A DNA stretch of 64,000 bases from Paraphysomonas bandaiensis (lineage: Eukaryota > Protista > Chrysophyceae): the NCBI GenBank assembly GCA_965644295.1, contig CBFFRP010000432.1:248001-312000 (forward strand). Reading direction: 5' to 3'. Positions within the stretch are counted from its first letter, which is position 1. Every line of letters begins with the position of its first letter. Below the pieces are notes generated by a model. That model had not been told where the DNA came from, made no database searches, and saw only the letters and a program-made list of their open reading frames with translations. Below are positions 1 to 12,406 of the stretch, one piece after another. A program made the position numbers and the translations under genes.

Positions 1-1
1 G

Positions 2-155
2 TCAGGTCAACCAACACTGTTACCAACTTCTCCTAGTACGCCGCCAACAGAGACGCCGAGTAGTGTACCAAGTAGCAGCCCTACTTCCCCGAGTAGTTCT
101 CCAACGTGTCTACCATCAGGAGAACCGACCTGTGTGCCGAGCATCATTCTTACCG
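2..155 (+). CDS. Partial exon of a Pro/Ser/Thr-repeat (PxxxP) protein running in from the left edge
   Basis: Frame 2 reads SGQPTLLPTSPSTPPTETPSSVPSSSPTSPSSSPTCLPSGEPTCVPSIILT, then a GTAGGT donor-like site. The rest of the gene is unresolved. Confidence 0.55.
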
Positions 156-1383
156 TAGGTAGTAGGAGTTTCGATTTAATAGCCAAGTGATTCCATACCG
201 GTTTGAAGATATAGTGAAAGCAAAGTAACTGCTAGTAATTAACTACCGATTTGCAACACCATTACCAATATGTTGCAGTAATTGTAATGTTGAACGCTTG
301 AAAAGCTGTTGCTGCAACAGTATTGGCAAACTCAACTTCCTTCAATATACATCTATGTTAATTAAGTAACACTTAAGTACGTACAGTTAGATTTCGGCAC
401 ATTATATCTCATTGCGCACGCACAATGAAGGTTATGAATGCTACTTGGTATAGTTGCTCGGCGCAAAACATTGCGTCTCAGTTTAGTAAGCTCTAGCCTC
501 TAGCTAATAGATATACTGTTGTTCAATACGCTTGCAATAGAATACAAGTAGACATATGACAACAAGGGCACTCAGCATTACTTTTCTGTATGCTGACGAC
601 TTATAGAGTCATAGAGCACATTTCTCCACACGATGTGGCAACGCACGATAATACAAAACAACTCAGAGCTGCGTGTAGGCGCATGTTCGATCATTAAATT
701 AACAACAAATCATGCAATGATCTAGAAAATTAATCCTTTGACAACAATTATTCGCTATTTGCGCCACGTTTCATTAAAAGTTTTCCTTTAAACTCTTCGG
801 AGTATGTGGGCCAAAACATCCACTGCGCAAACAAAAACAGAGGAATGCCAAACAGAATCTTCCTCTTTCTCTTCAATAAAGATGGGACAGGTGATACGTT
901 GAAGCTAGGCATGTTTATTTAAATTCGTTGGTTATGATTTCTTCAAATTAAATCACTGACTGAGTGTGAAGTAATGGCAGTATGGTGATATATATATATA
1001 TATATATACATACAGACATTGCATCACACCAACTACACAATACACACACATGCACACACACCTCGCAAAGCAATAACAGTGTATGCGTTCACATACACAC
1101 TCCACACAAAAAATCCCAGGTTTTCTCGTTTTACCCACAGTGGATATCAATTTTATGAACAGTATTTGCGGAAAACTATAAAAAATAGCACTATTACTTG
1201 GAATTTACCCACAACAATACAATCATGAACACATATAAGAAAACTGAAATGTCGTTTTATGATTCGATTTTATGTGGTGGAGTTTTAATGGGAAAGTATT
1301 TTTGTGACAAGAAATTAGATTACAAGCTGAAGCGATATATACCAATCTCCACTTTGGTATTGTTTCATTGAGAGAGCGCTGCC

Positions 1384-2099
1384 ATGGTTGTTAAGTAAGG
1401 AAATTTTGATATGATCTTTTGTAAAATTAATACGGGTGTGATGCAGAACTGATCTTTGCGCATTTAGCGAATTTAGAATATACCCTGGCCATGGAATGAA
1501 ATTCATTCGCAGGGACGGTCAGGTCCGTTTGTTTTGTGCATTGAGACTTATGGCTCTAACAGCTGTATTGTCTATTCTCACAGCCCATCTTTCTTTCTTC
1601 TTCCAAGTGCAAGCACATGGTTAACCAGAGAAAGAAGCCTGCTAAGTTGATGTGGACCCAGTCCTGGAGACGCCTCAACAAGAAGGGCAAGGAAGAGGGT
1701 GCCACAAAGAAGAGGTGACGCAGTTTATTTTTTACAATATGTTTCTAATTTGTAAATATATAGAACACGCAAGGTTGTTAAGGCTCAGCGTGCCATCGTC
1801 GGTGCATCTCTTGAGGAGGTATATTTGTGTTGATAACTATAGACTTTGTCCTCACTAGTATTCAGCTCAAGAAGAAGAGACTCAGTTCCAAGCCCCAGGG
1901 CGTCGCCGCTGAGGCTGCCTTAAAGTGCGTTGTATGTTGTTTATTAATGTAATGTTGATATATTTTCTACAGGGAGGTCAAGGGCCGCCAAAAGGCTGCT
2001 GGTGGTGCCAAGAACTACGCCACTGGCCCCCGTTCCAAGGCCAACGTCCCTAAGGTCCAGCGCTCTGCTGCCAATGCCAGAGGTGGAGCTAAGCGTTAA
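1384..2099 (+). CDS. RPL24: 60S ribosomal protein L24 (eL24), multi-exon
   Basis: Spliced by eye: MVVK|TDLCAFSEFRIYPGHGMKFIRRDGQ|PIFLSSSKCKHMVNQRKKPAKLMWTQSWRRLNKKGK...AQRAIVGASLEE...GGAKR*. The IYPGHG and WTxxWRR motifs are diagnostic of eL24. GT-AG introns, first at 1395-1446. Confidence 0.96.
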
Positions 2100-3367
2100 G
2101 AATCTGTTGACATCTCCATGTAGCTTCCTTAGACTGTGTTGTTTGAGTGTTTCGCCATGAACATAGTATGCATGCGTTAATTAAGCACACAGTTTACTCT
2201 CTCTACTGGACGCATGCGTTTTACTTTTTCTATATCATACTATCTGTTATTATATGAGTTTCATATATGTTACTTCAGTGTCGCATCAGGAATACTGTTC
2301 TATTTGTAGTTGACGAAATTATTCCACACCCATAGCATCTAGCTCCAACTGGATGCTCAGAGCAGTAGGTAAAAATAACTTCGGTGTATCGTCAGACCAG
2401 AGTATGTTATGTACTTATGTTTACAAGGTATACCCAGGATACATCGGATCGTAGTTTCAGACCACAAATTTCTCCTATTATCTCACTTATGCTAGTGCAA
2501 TATGAAATGTATTACATATTTACTATATATACTGATAACAACCCACTTTTGTATACTTTCTTATCAGTAGCAACCATAACTTTCGAGTTTTTTATTTACA
2601 GAGATTGATTAATAATTGCAGCCATCGACAACTTATCACTTTTAAATCAAACATCGAAACAAGTTATTAGTTATTAGTTAGATGCAATGGCCTCAACACC
2701 TAACTTCCGGTGATGTATAGTACGAGAATTCCAGTCTGTATAACAGTTTCTCAATGATGGATGCACTGTGTTCCATTGACTGATTCTCTTGCAGTTTTGC
2801 AGTTGACAATTTGCTTTCTCAAAGAGCTCAAAATAGAGCTTGTCCAAGTTATGTCAAAGGTAAGGCCTCTTATATCCTTATATCCATGAATATCCGGTTC
2901 AAAGTCACAGATAGTTCATTAAAAACTAAGAGGAGTGGGTTGATCCCTTATTCCCCTGCTTATTTAGTTCATTTACATATTCCAGAGTTCTCAGCGCATG
3001 GTGTTCATATGGGGACATCTCAAACGGTATTCTCACTGCCCCGCTCAAGAAATCAAATGAAGCAGCATAAGCATTTCATTTATAATGATCTACTTTCCCG
3101 TCTCCAGTTATTCGAAAGGAGTATGTTAGGACAAGATGGAGTGATATATCTATGGTAAACGGTTGTGTCCATACCTGAACCTCACAGGATCTATGACAGT
3201 TAATGCATACATGACCAAATACGTGTATATAAAACGTATACTGCTGTATACATGTCCTGTATGTAGCCTGTAGCGCTGATTGCATCCATCTGCACACTCT
3301 GTACAATAGAAGAACCCCACATACAATACTCATATTTAAACCCATTGATATATCACAGATTTACACA

Positions 3368-3562
3368 ATGTTTGGTAACGTGTGGGGTATGGCAAAACGG
3401 CTTTGGTACAAGCCTAAATCGTTTGAGTTTTACTGGAATTGTGCGGGTGCTGTTGGGATATGTATATTAGCTGGTTATGTCGTTACTGATAAGCAATTTT
3501 ACTCGAATGTATTTCCAAAAAATACTAAGGAAGTAGCTGTTAAAGACAAAGATAGTTCATGA
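3368..3562 (+). CDS. Small 64-aa single-transmembrane protein, unknown function
   Basis: ATG in ACACAATG context. Basic/aromatic N-terminus, hydrophobic CAGAVGICILAGYVV segment, charged C-tail. Confidence 0.5.
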   Translation: MFGNVWGMAKRLWYKPKSFEFYWNCAGAVGICILAGYVVTDKQFYSNVFPKNTKEVAVKDKDSS

Positions 3563-4319
3563 ATCGAGCGTTCCCTATATGCTCATTACATATGTTCTGA
3601 GACTGTTCATAGTAATCATTGAATTCTGTAATAATAGATTAAATTATCATGAATGGGTATATCTGTCCTTAAATTGTATGATAGATTTATTTTCTGTAAA
3701 ACATTCCCGCCATTTTTCGATGCAACGGTCCGCTTATAATTGAGAATATGCTTATCAGGAGAATAATGCAGTCAGTCAGAATGAGTGCTTCTCTGGGTTC
3801 AATGATTACAGGTGCGCCGCATTGTATTATCCCTCATCAAGAGTAAATGTAGTGCATTCTTCGTCTAAAGTTAATAATATATATTATAGTAAGTGACAGC
3901 AAGAGTAAGTTGCTATTATTGGTAGATAGAAAACTTACTAGCTATATAGCGAAACTAGTTTAATGCAATAAACTTTTGCTTTGTACTTCTAATTGTTATC
4001 AACTACGAATAGCACCATATCCATAGTGTAGATTTTAGATATCACTTCAGGTGATATATGATATACTCCTAGGCTCAATTTTGTTCTTTCTAAAATGACA
4101 TAGATGATGGAAAGCCATGATGACTTTATATAGCTAGCTAGTGGGAATGTGGATTCCACATTCTAGAGGGTGAAATGTCATGCGATACGTACATCTAAGA
4201 CAGGAACAAATTAATATGTCATAGAATATGCAATAATGATTACTTATACGGTAATAACGTATCTATATGCACGGCTACGTAATACAACTACTTCAGTCCA
4301 ATAATATACATATCGATCG

Positions 4320-5736
4320 TTATCGGTACATAATGCTTTCATTACTATTCTCACATTTCTTTACAAATAATGGTTCTTTGTAGGCACTTGAATCTGTAGG
4401 TAGAGCTGTAATATCATACTTTCTCTCCCCCCTTTCATCATATGTAAACGTAATTTGCAGTCTATTCTCTAACTCCTCGGGCTTCTTGACTTTGGTACGT
4501 ACTGACGGAGCAACAATACGCAGCGCAGCCTCCGCGGAAGCGAGAGAATCATCGTCAATTTTGCTCTCTGATCGGTAGAGATGCTCTTTTTGCGACTCCA
4601 ATACACCACGAATATTTACGTCTGCAACACTTCTCTGGTGCCGTTCTAATCTTTCTGCGGCACATTTCCTCATCTCCACAACATCCTTCATTATCGATGA
4701 GTTTCAGACAGGTCATATTTTCTTAAGTACACATACCTTAACAAGATTCTGAACGTTCTCTTCTTGAGCAACATTCCATCGCAGTTCATAAGGCACTTCC
4801 TACATCCATATAAATATAAGTATACATACACACACTCGCCGTCAGCAGTATCATATGTAAGATCGGTACCTGGTTGCGCAATTCATACTTTCGCTTGGTC
4901 CATTTATCTTGTTCAATATTCTTCAGTCGTTTGTCAAACGTCTCTTTCAAGAGCGCTAGGAACACCACAAGATCGTTCATCTTATTCACTAATTTCTCGT
5001 CTTTTTTAATAGCCGTCTCCATTTCTGTCGGTATGATAGTAGCGGCAGCCATAGACTCCAGACGCAACAGAATGAGTCTTAGGTCCTCCGCAAGGACTTG
5101 ATATTGCTCTTTTACTACATGAACCATATCCTCTCCTTTAGTATTTTGAACCAATGGATCGACGCCTCTATGTATCATTACGGCTCCTACCTCGAAGGCA
5201 TGTTCTCGCAAGGCGAGCATTAACAGGGTGTCCCCAGGAGTGGCATGTTGAACCCGTTCAGTTCCATGTTTCGCGAATCGCCCCAGTTTACCGTCCACAT
5301 ATCCCCACTCCCTCTCAGATAGATAATACTTGCCATTTTTTTGTGCAAGTTGTCGCTCATTTTCCGACAACACAGATGCCTGGTTGTCAAATTGTGACTT
5401 GGCATAAAACCCATAGTTTCCTAATATAAATGGGCTTCCAAAGTCACCACCCTCGACGGTCATACTGATATCAGCAAGGCAGCTATCTAAAGCAGCGTCC
5501 GCTAGTTCACCGTCATCAGTTTCAAACGAATCTATTATATATCTAGCCCATAACGAATCAAGCTTTGAGCCAACGAACCCTTTCTTAGTTCTGATAGCGT
5601 TCGCGGGTATAAACCCTCGAAACACATCTTTGGACAAAGCAAGGGCAGTCTCTTCTTCAGATGTTGTTTTACGTGTTGCCAGCTTCTGGATAGATCCGAA
5701 CTTATTATTACGAGACATTACCAAGACTCCAGCCAA
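4320..5736 (-). CDS. Ankyrin-repeat / coiled-coil protein, multi-exon (true start unresolved, probably slightly upstream)
   Basis: ORF 4786-5736 has GDTLLMLALREHAFEVGAVMIHRGVDPLVQNTKGEDMVHV (ankyrin consensus), followed by a helical region. Continues into ORF 4320-4691. Confidence 0.7.
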
Positions 5737-7508
5737 CAGGTCAATACTTGGAATATAAGCACTGTACTACAAGGACAAGTCTATATACACGAGCCAATAA
5801 CTACCGGAGGTAACACTCATTTGGCTGGAAAGAAACTAACGCATCTCTCTCTGTGATCTCATGTCTAACTGCTCATATCAATTCTATAGCTACTATATAA
5901 GCATAACCCACAGAACTATGTACTGCCTGTACAATGTACTCATATATCTATCCTACAGTGTATACACAGCAGTGAAACGGGGAGAAAAACTGAACAATAA
6001 GGAATACCGTGTTGTATACTGGAATACAATCCTCAGTACAACCTTATATATGATCAACTGCAGTCCTGTATACACAGCACACGACCTCATGTTCACTTCT
6101 TCGCATACTATCTCAGCTAAAACTCCTTGACGGCAATTCGAGCCGGAGGGTGTATCCCCTTCTAGAAGAATGTTAATAGTTGCTTTAAGTGGATGACAAT
6201 ATGCTAATATTAGTATATGATTATATTCGCATACTATGAAACTGAAAATATATTTGATGTGATTCGACGAATAGTAAAGTGGAGTTGAAGTCATCTAAAG
6301 TATGTTCCAATAGAAACAAAAAAGAAATTATTCAATAAATTCTATGAAATTTCTAGAAGTATCGAAGAAGACTTCAACAGATGTGGAGATTCATAGTACT
6401 CGGTACTCCATACTGTAGCAGTCTATTGCATGTATATGGTTATCAATTACAGTTAACTGACACACAGACTTACTGACATCGTAAGAAATCATATGACGAA
6501 TCCTGATTATACTTTGAGGATAATGTTCATAACAGATATATCAGACAATGCTTGTGGGGGGATCATGATTTAAATCACTAGAACAGTAGATGGTATGGTA
6601 GTTTACATGAGGGGTCAGTGCATCAGATGTTACTGAGTGATCAATCGTCAGAAGAGTTGGGGCAGATGAAATGGCTACTCTACTGAAGTTACCATAACAA
6701 CAGCCATCTCACAGTATCATATGGGAGATTACTATCAGCTACAGTCACTTTCGACTTTTGAATATTTCTCAGTGCAGTTCGTAAGAGAAGTTTGAAGTAG
6801 TAGTACTGGATAAATACATCTATTACTGCATATACAATTGTCTGTTGTCATGTAAAATATATCAACAACATAATTAGATCATTCTTTCATGTCAATCACT
6901 TATCAACTTCCGAATCTTGAATCGCCATGGTACTTCAGCTTCACAGTTATAGCTATATAGTATTTTTGGCTACCTATTACAGGTTTTCACATTGAAGTTC
7001 ATATATTCTACAGTTATATCTTAGAGAAATATACGTAGTCCAACAGTCACAGGTAAGTTATAGCTAAGTTATATATTATACTATGATACCCGGTAACTGT
7101 CTGGTAAATTGTATGCATTCGATTAGTGCGTGTAACTATTTTTCTTCTTTTTATATGCATGCGCATGTAAGTTTCTTAGATATATGAAAATATATAGATT
7201 GATACCAATATATTATTTATCATGGTGGCAACAATATATTGAATACTGAAGAGAAATCTTATTATCTTTTACGACGAAACAATCCGAAAACTAGTAGGCT
7301 CAGTAATGGTACCCTAGCGAAATCGCAACCATAATTTGAATCAAAGATGGGACATGCTATATTACATCGACATTGACAGTTTGTACAGTCTACATACAAA
7401 TTAGACTAGAAGTACAAGAGCAACTACAGTACAAACACATAAAACACTCTAAAAAATACAAGCACTCTAGATATTTAAATTTAGTGTACGTGCGATCCTA
7501 GTCTAGCG

Positions 7509-10500
7509 CTAAATATCTGATAGGTCCGGCTCATCATCATCACCTCCAAGTAAAATAAGAGATGCAGTTGTGGGGTTATATAACGTAGTTGGAGCTTGAC
7601 TCGCATTGTTTCTCTCGCCGCAGCTTAAAGAGGACCCACTTCCTGTGGGAGTTGGTGCCAAAGACGATATCGCTGAATTTACAGATGGGCTAGCGCATAT
7701 ACTCTTCCGTATATCTCGTAGTGCAATAACCTGGCCATCACCATCTGGATCAGTATTAACAGTCAAATTGGGCTTTCTCATTGTTGGATTTCTCGAAGAT
7801 GCAGCAGATGATACTGAACTATCACTATCGGAGTCGTGGGCTCTGCTGTTTCGTGCGATACGACTCGCAATGCGGTGAATCTGTATGTACGACTCATTTA
7901 CACTGTCATCTCCTTGCAGTTCTTCCTGTGATTCAATTCGCGCCAGAACTGTGCTAGGGTCATCATCCCCAATACCAGCCATTCGATTCATCAGCTTCCT
8001 CGGGTGCGATCTGGACTTTGCGCTATCGGCTTTTTCTCTCTTTCCGTGCAGTGATTTTATTTCGACAACTTTTTTCACGGAATCTTCTATATCAGAATGT
8101 CGACGCTCAATTTTCTCACTTAACGTGTCAATCATTGATCGTGCTGCTTCTTCAGAGCTTGGCGTCAACTGAAAGCAATTGGTTAAATCACACCGATTGA
8201 GTAAATATGCAATTACCTCTTCTGATAAATTCTTCCTTAGCGCAGTTTCATCGTCTCCTTGTATTTCACTTTTCAAAAGCGAGGCCTGTCTTCGTAATTT
8301 CTTGTTTGCAGACATGGCAGCATCCGCAACCTGCAAAGTCACAGTGATGCAAAATATTACGTCAATTTTGGCAACCTACATCTGCAACAGACAATCGTCG
8401 AGGTTTCTCTGATCTTGCTCGAGAACCTAGTCGTAGGTTCTTCTCCGCTGCGACTCTCAAAACATGATGTTTCATAGATTTCACAGCTTTGGACGGCCGC
8501 GGATGAAGTTCAGCAAGAGCCGTCCTTTTAAGCTCATTAATGTCAACCTAATATACACTATTATATTTGTTGATATAGCAAAAAAATATGCGTACCAGTT
8601 GCGCAAGACCGTGATTTTTACACACATGTACAAACGACTTCTCATCAATAGTCTCGTCATCATTGCCATGCATAAGCGCTTCCCTGTAATCTCAATGAAT
8701 ATCACAAGGCCTACTTTAGCGTGCACCAAACCTGAACATCTTGAGAATTCGACGAGATGGAAAATGCTTTGCAGTTTTGCTGACAATTGTATGGAATTCA
8801 TTAAAAGATAGTACGCCATCGCCATTTTCATCTCCTTCGGAATAGAGCTTACTCTGAACAATAAATGTTAGAAAAATGAAATCCTGACACCACATAACAC
8901 TAACCAACTCGTTTTCAACCACTCGTATTCGCGAAAGTAGCATTTCTATCATGCTGCACACATGTTATTACAAGGAACGCATTAGTTACATATACATACG
9001 CTTGCAACAACTTTTCCATATTCACAACAACTGTCATTTTAGTTTGTGGTCCAACAGCAGCTGGTGATAAGGGGCTGTTTTCCTCTGTTTTCCCCTTCGT
9101 ATTTCCAGGCATGAACAGCTTTCTCATTACCGCACGCACGACAGTGTGCATACCATCTGTCTCGTCGATAGTTCCACGCGATGACAAAAACATAGCGCTG
9201 TGCTCCAAATGGCGCAACACGATCGCCATTTGTTTCTCAGATAAAAATCCTAATATTGCTTTGATGACTTGCACTGCACGATCTGCCGGTATCCAACAAT
9301 GAAACTTGTCTGTAACACACACATGGTCAGGTATTTTTATACGCCATTCGGGATCTTGATCATCGCCTTCCAAAAGAGCCTGATTTTTTCTCAAACTCTC
9401 AGAATTACTCTTTGCCGTAGCAATTGCGTCCTTGTAGTCACCATTATACGGGGCATGAAGCATACATTGCCTAAAAGACAGTATCAACTACATCATATTA
9501 TACTGGTCACATTCCAATCACCTAGCAAAGAGATACACCGATAACACACTCTTAGGGAGTGAACAATTCTTCGTGCGAATTAATCCCTTCTGGTTAACCA
9601 ATGCTCTGATACTACGACTTACGTGTCTCCCCGACTCAACATCATCGGCATCCACAGTATCTAATACTCCCAATGAACGAGCAAATGTGTGTAATAACGG
9701 GTGTTTCTTTAACAAAATATGATCTTTCATACTTGACATTAATAAGAATATCCCTCGCTCCGCCTCTTGACGCTGTGTAGTTCGAAGCAAAAATGTCTCA
9801 ATAATAAACTGTGGTAATTGTTGAATAATATAGCCATAAGAAGCATCTTCCGCATCAACTACGGACTTGAAATTATTCAGACTCCACACGTATCGAACAA
9901 CTTTCGATAGTGGCCACAGCTTCTCCGTTAATATTGACCTAGGTAGATTACTCATAAACTGGACAATTTCATCAGGGACGTGCCACTTTCCAGTAGATTT
10001 ATATTCTCTCAAGTCCGGATCATCATCAAGTTCACCCCTTTGGAGCTTTTGGAGTGAAACTGCCGCTTTGACTAAAAACTTGGCTATAATTAACATGTTA
10101 ACAGAAGGTCCAGAATGCGAAACTACCACTCACAAGTGCCTCTACAGCTTGGACAGAGCGCATATCTTGATGCCCGCCTCCACAGGTTTCGTGCCAACAC
10201 AGTGCCCTTGATAGGTAGTGTCCATCCATTCTGTCTATCAAAAGCCCCAAAATCATCCACTTCTGTTTGAGTCTCCGCATCAGATGTTTCACACTGCCGC
10301 CTTCTATCTGCTTGTTTGGGCAGTATCCGCCTTTCCTCTGCAGCCAGTATTTTTGCCTGATGGAGGGCATTCTCACGTTCAACCTGGAAGTAAGGGCATC
10401 AAGTTAATCTCCACAACACTTCACATTTATCATTAAATGGGAACACACCTGCATTTGGATTTCCAAACGCATTGCCTGCAATGTTTCTCTTTCCTTCGCC

Positions 10501-11683
10501 ACTATAGCTGCTTCATTTGCTTTGTGCGCAGTCGCAAGCTTCTCGTTTTCTTTCCTTTCAAGTTCTAATATATGCACGAAATCCGTGTGCTGTCGACGCA
10601 ACTGCTCAATTTCCTTATTCAAGTACCTAATTTCAACCTATATTTCCAGAACAATGCATAATTTCAAAGTATAGTACGATATACTATTCTACAACCGCTT
10701 AATATAAGAATATATATAAATAAAATAACTCAACATGCATTACACATGCCGTCCGTACTGCACTGACTTTTTTTGCGTGACACACAGCTTCCAGCTCTTC
10801 TATTCGTATTTCTGCCTGTTCAGCACGTCGGCGGTAGATGTCTGACTCCTCTGTACTTTTAGCAAAAGCAGATTCTAGTTCGCTTACTCGGTTCCTCAAT
10901 TCGACCAACTCCTTCGATTGTGACTGAATAATAATATAAAATTATTATATATATATATGATAATAAATGGAATGTATACGGACTTGAAATTTGTGCCGAT
11001 GCATCATCAGGATCTCTGACATCATCCTCTGAAATAACTTTAAAAACAGTTTATTTGATTCTTCGAGATTTCTCCCCATTCCAGGCCTATGTCCTCTCAA
11101 GCTCTGTGCAACAGATTCAATTGTGCTGTGCACTTCGACTACTTCTTGCAAAACTCCCTACACTAAATTGAGGCGACATATAAGTTATATGTGTTATCGC
11201 TTTCACCTTTATTGAATCTGAACCTAGCATTGTCTTTAACTGGAGTTCGCCCATATGTCCTGCCTTAGCCAATATATCAGCCGGTGTCTTTACCCTTCCC
11301 TGACCAGGTTCTAGCCCTGTATATTTTAAAGTTGATTATCATGACAATAGAACAACAATAAACGTACCAGGTTGAAGTGTCACACGGTGTAGCATGTCAG
11401 ACACACTGTGCATATCTTCAACATGAAGTGGTCCCAGGTGCACTGATCCACCGGTACCTAATCCAGGAGTTTTAGGGGTCTTCAAAGCAGATCTGCGAGG
11501 CATATCCACTGGCTGTCGACAAGTGTCTACTTTTCCTCCATGCTTCTTAAATTTATGTTCGTGCTTCTGTTTAAGCATCTGAAAATTTCCAGCTTCATAA
11601 TACTCATTCAGTATGTTGTTAGCGGTTCCAACTCGTGCAGGTTCTTCTATTGAGACACGTCTCACAATAGTTTTAGGGCCCAT
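7509..11683 (-). CDS. Large multi-exon coiled-coil protein with an EF-hand
   Basis: Chain of same-strand ORFs (11339-11683, 10945-11151, 10699-10908, 10404-10622, 9518-10129, 8915-9487, 7509-8342) separated by GT-AG gaps. EF-hand DENGDGVLSFNEF near 8800-8850. Confidence 0.8.
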
Positions 11684-12406
11684 TACAAGTGAAATGATAG
11701 GGTTAATTATATTTTATAGTATGATTGTTAGTGTATGAGAGAGCATGTTTAGTGGGTGTTGATATCATGGATATAAGATGAGGGGATGTAAGATGGAGGA
11801 GGGGAGGTGGTGACGGGTAGAGGGTGGAGCATTGATAGAATAACCCGAATAGTTGTTGATTATAAGTGTAATAGATAGATGGTTGGTAGAGGATAGATGA
11901 GATTGTTATATGTACATATCTCACTGGGCGCTGGACAGTTTAACAGCTAGTTCTATATGTTACGAGCTGATGTGTACTTGTACTGGAGGGATGTACAGAT
12001 ACAGCAGTACGCTTGTCTGTATATGTATATATACTACTCACGTTTCACACCTCGATATACATCGTATTTCACTGTATTATACACATCCAAGATGTTGTAT
12101 TATTATATAGTGTAGTGTCGAATACAGTGTGCTCTGTGTACAACATCATACCATACAATACACATACCGCATACTCGTACATGCATATATTATCCACCAC
12201 AGCTTCTCGACATACACACTCCTCCCATATACATATACATATACCTGTACTGTACCTCTGTATATATATCAGTGTACAGCATAGTTCATATGCTAACTAT
12301 CCACATACATATATCTCCACATCACATGCATTAACCATTATATATATATATATTATCTATTAAAGATATATAACTTCAATCATCTTTCTTTCATTCTATT
12401 GCAATC

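Noticed and set aside
2384-3158. Possible multi-exon gene downstream of RPL24
   Set aside because: Some exon-like stretches exist, but I could not build a consistent spliced frame or recognise a motif.
5950-7200. Possible decayed retroelement
   Set aside because: Only a YFEDN-like fragment, with no supporting motifs, LTR or TSD.
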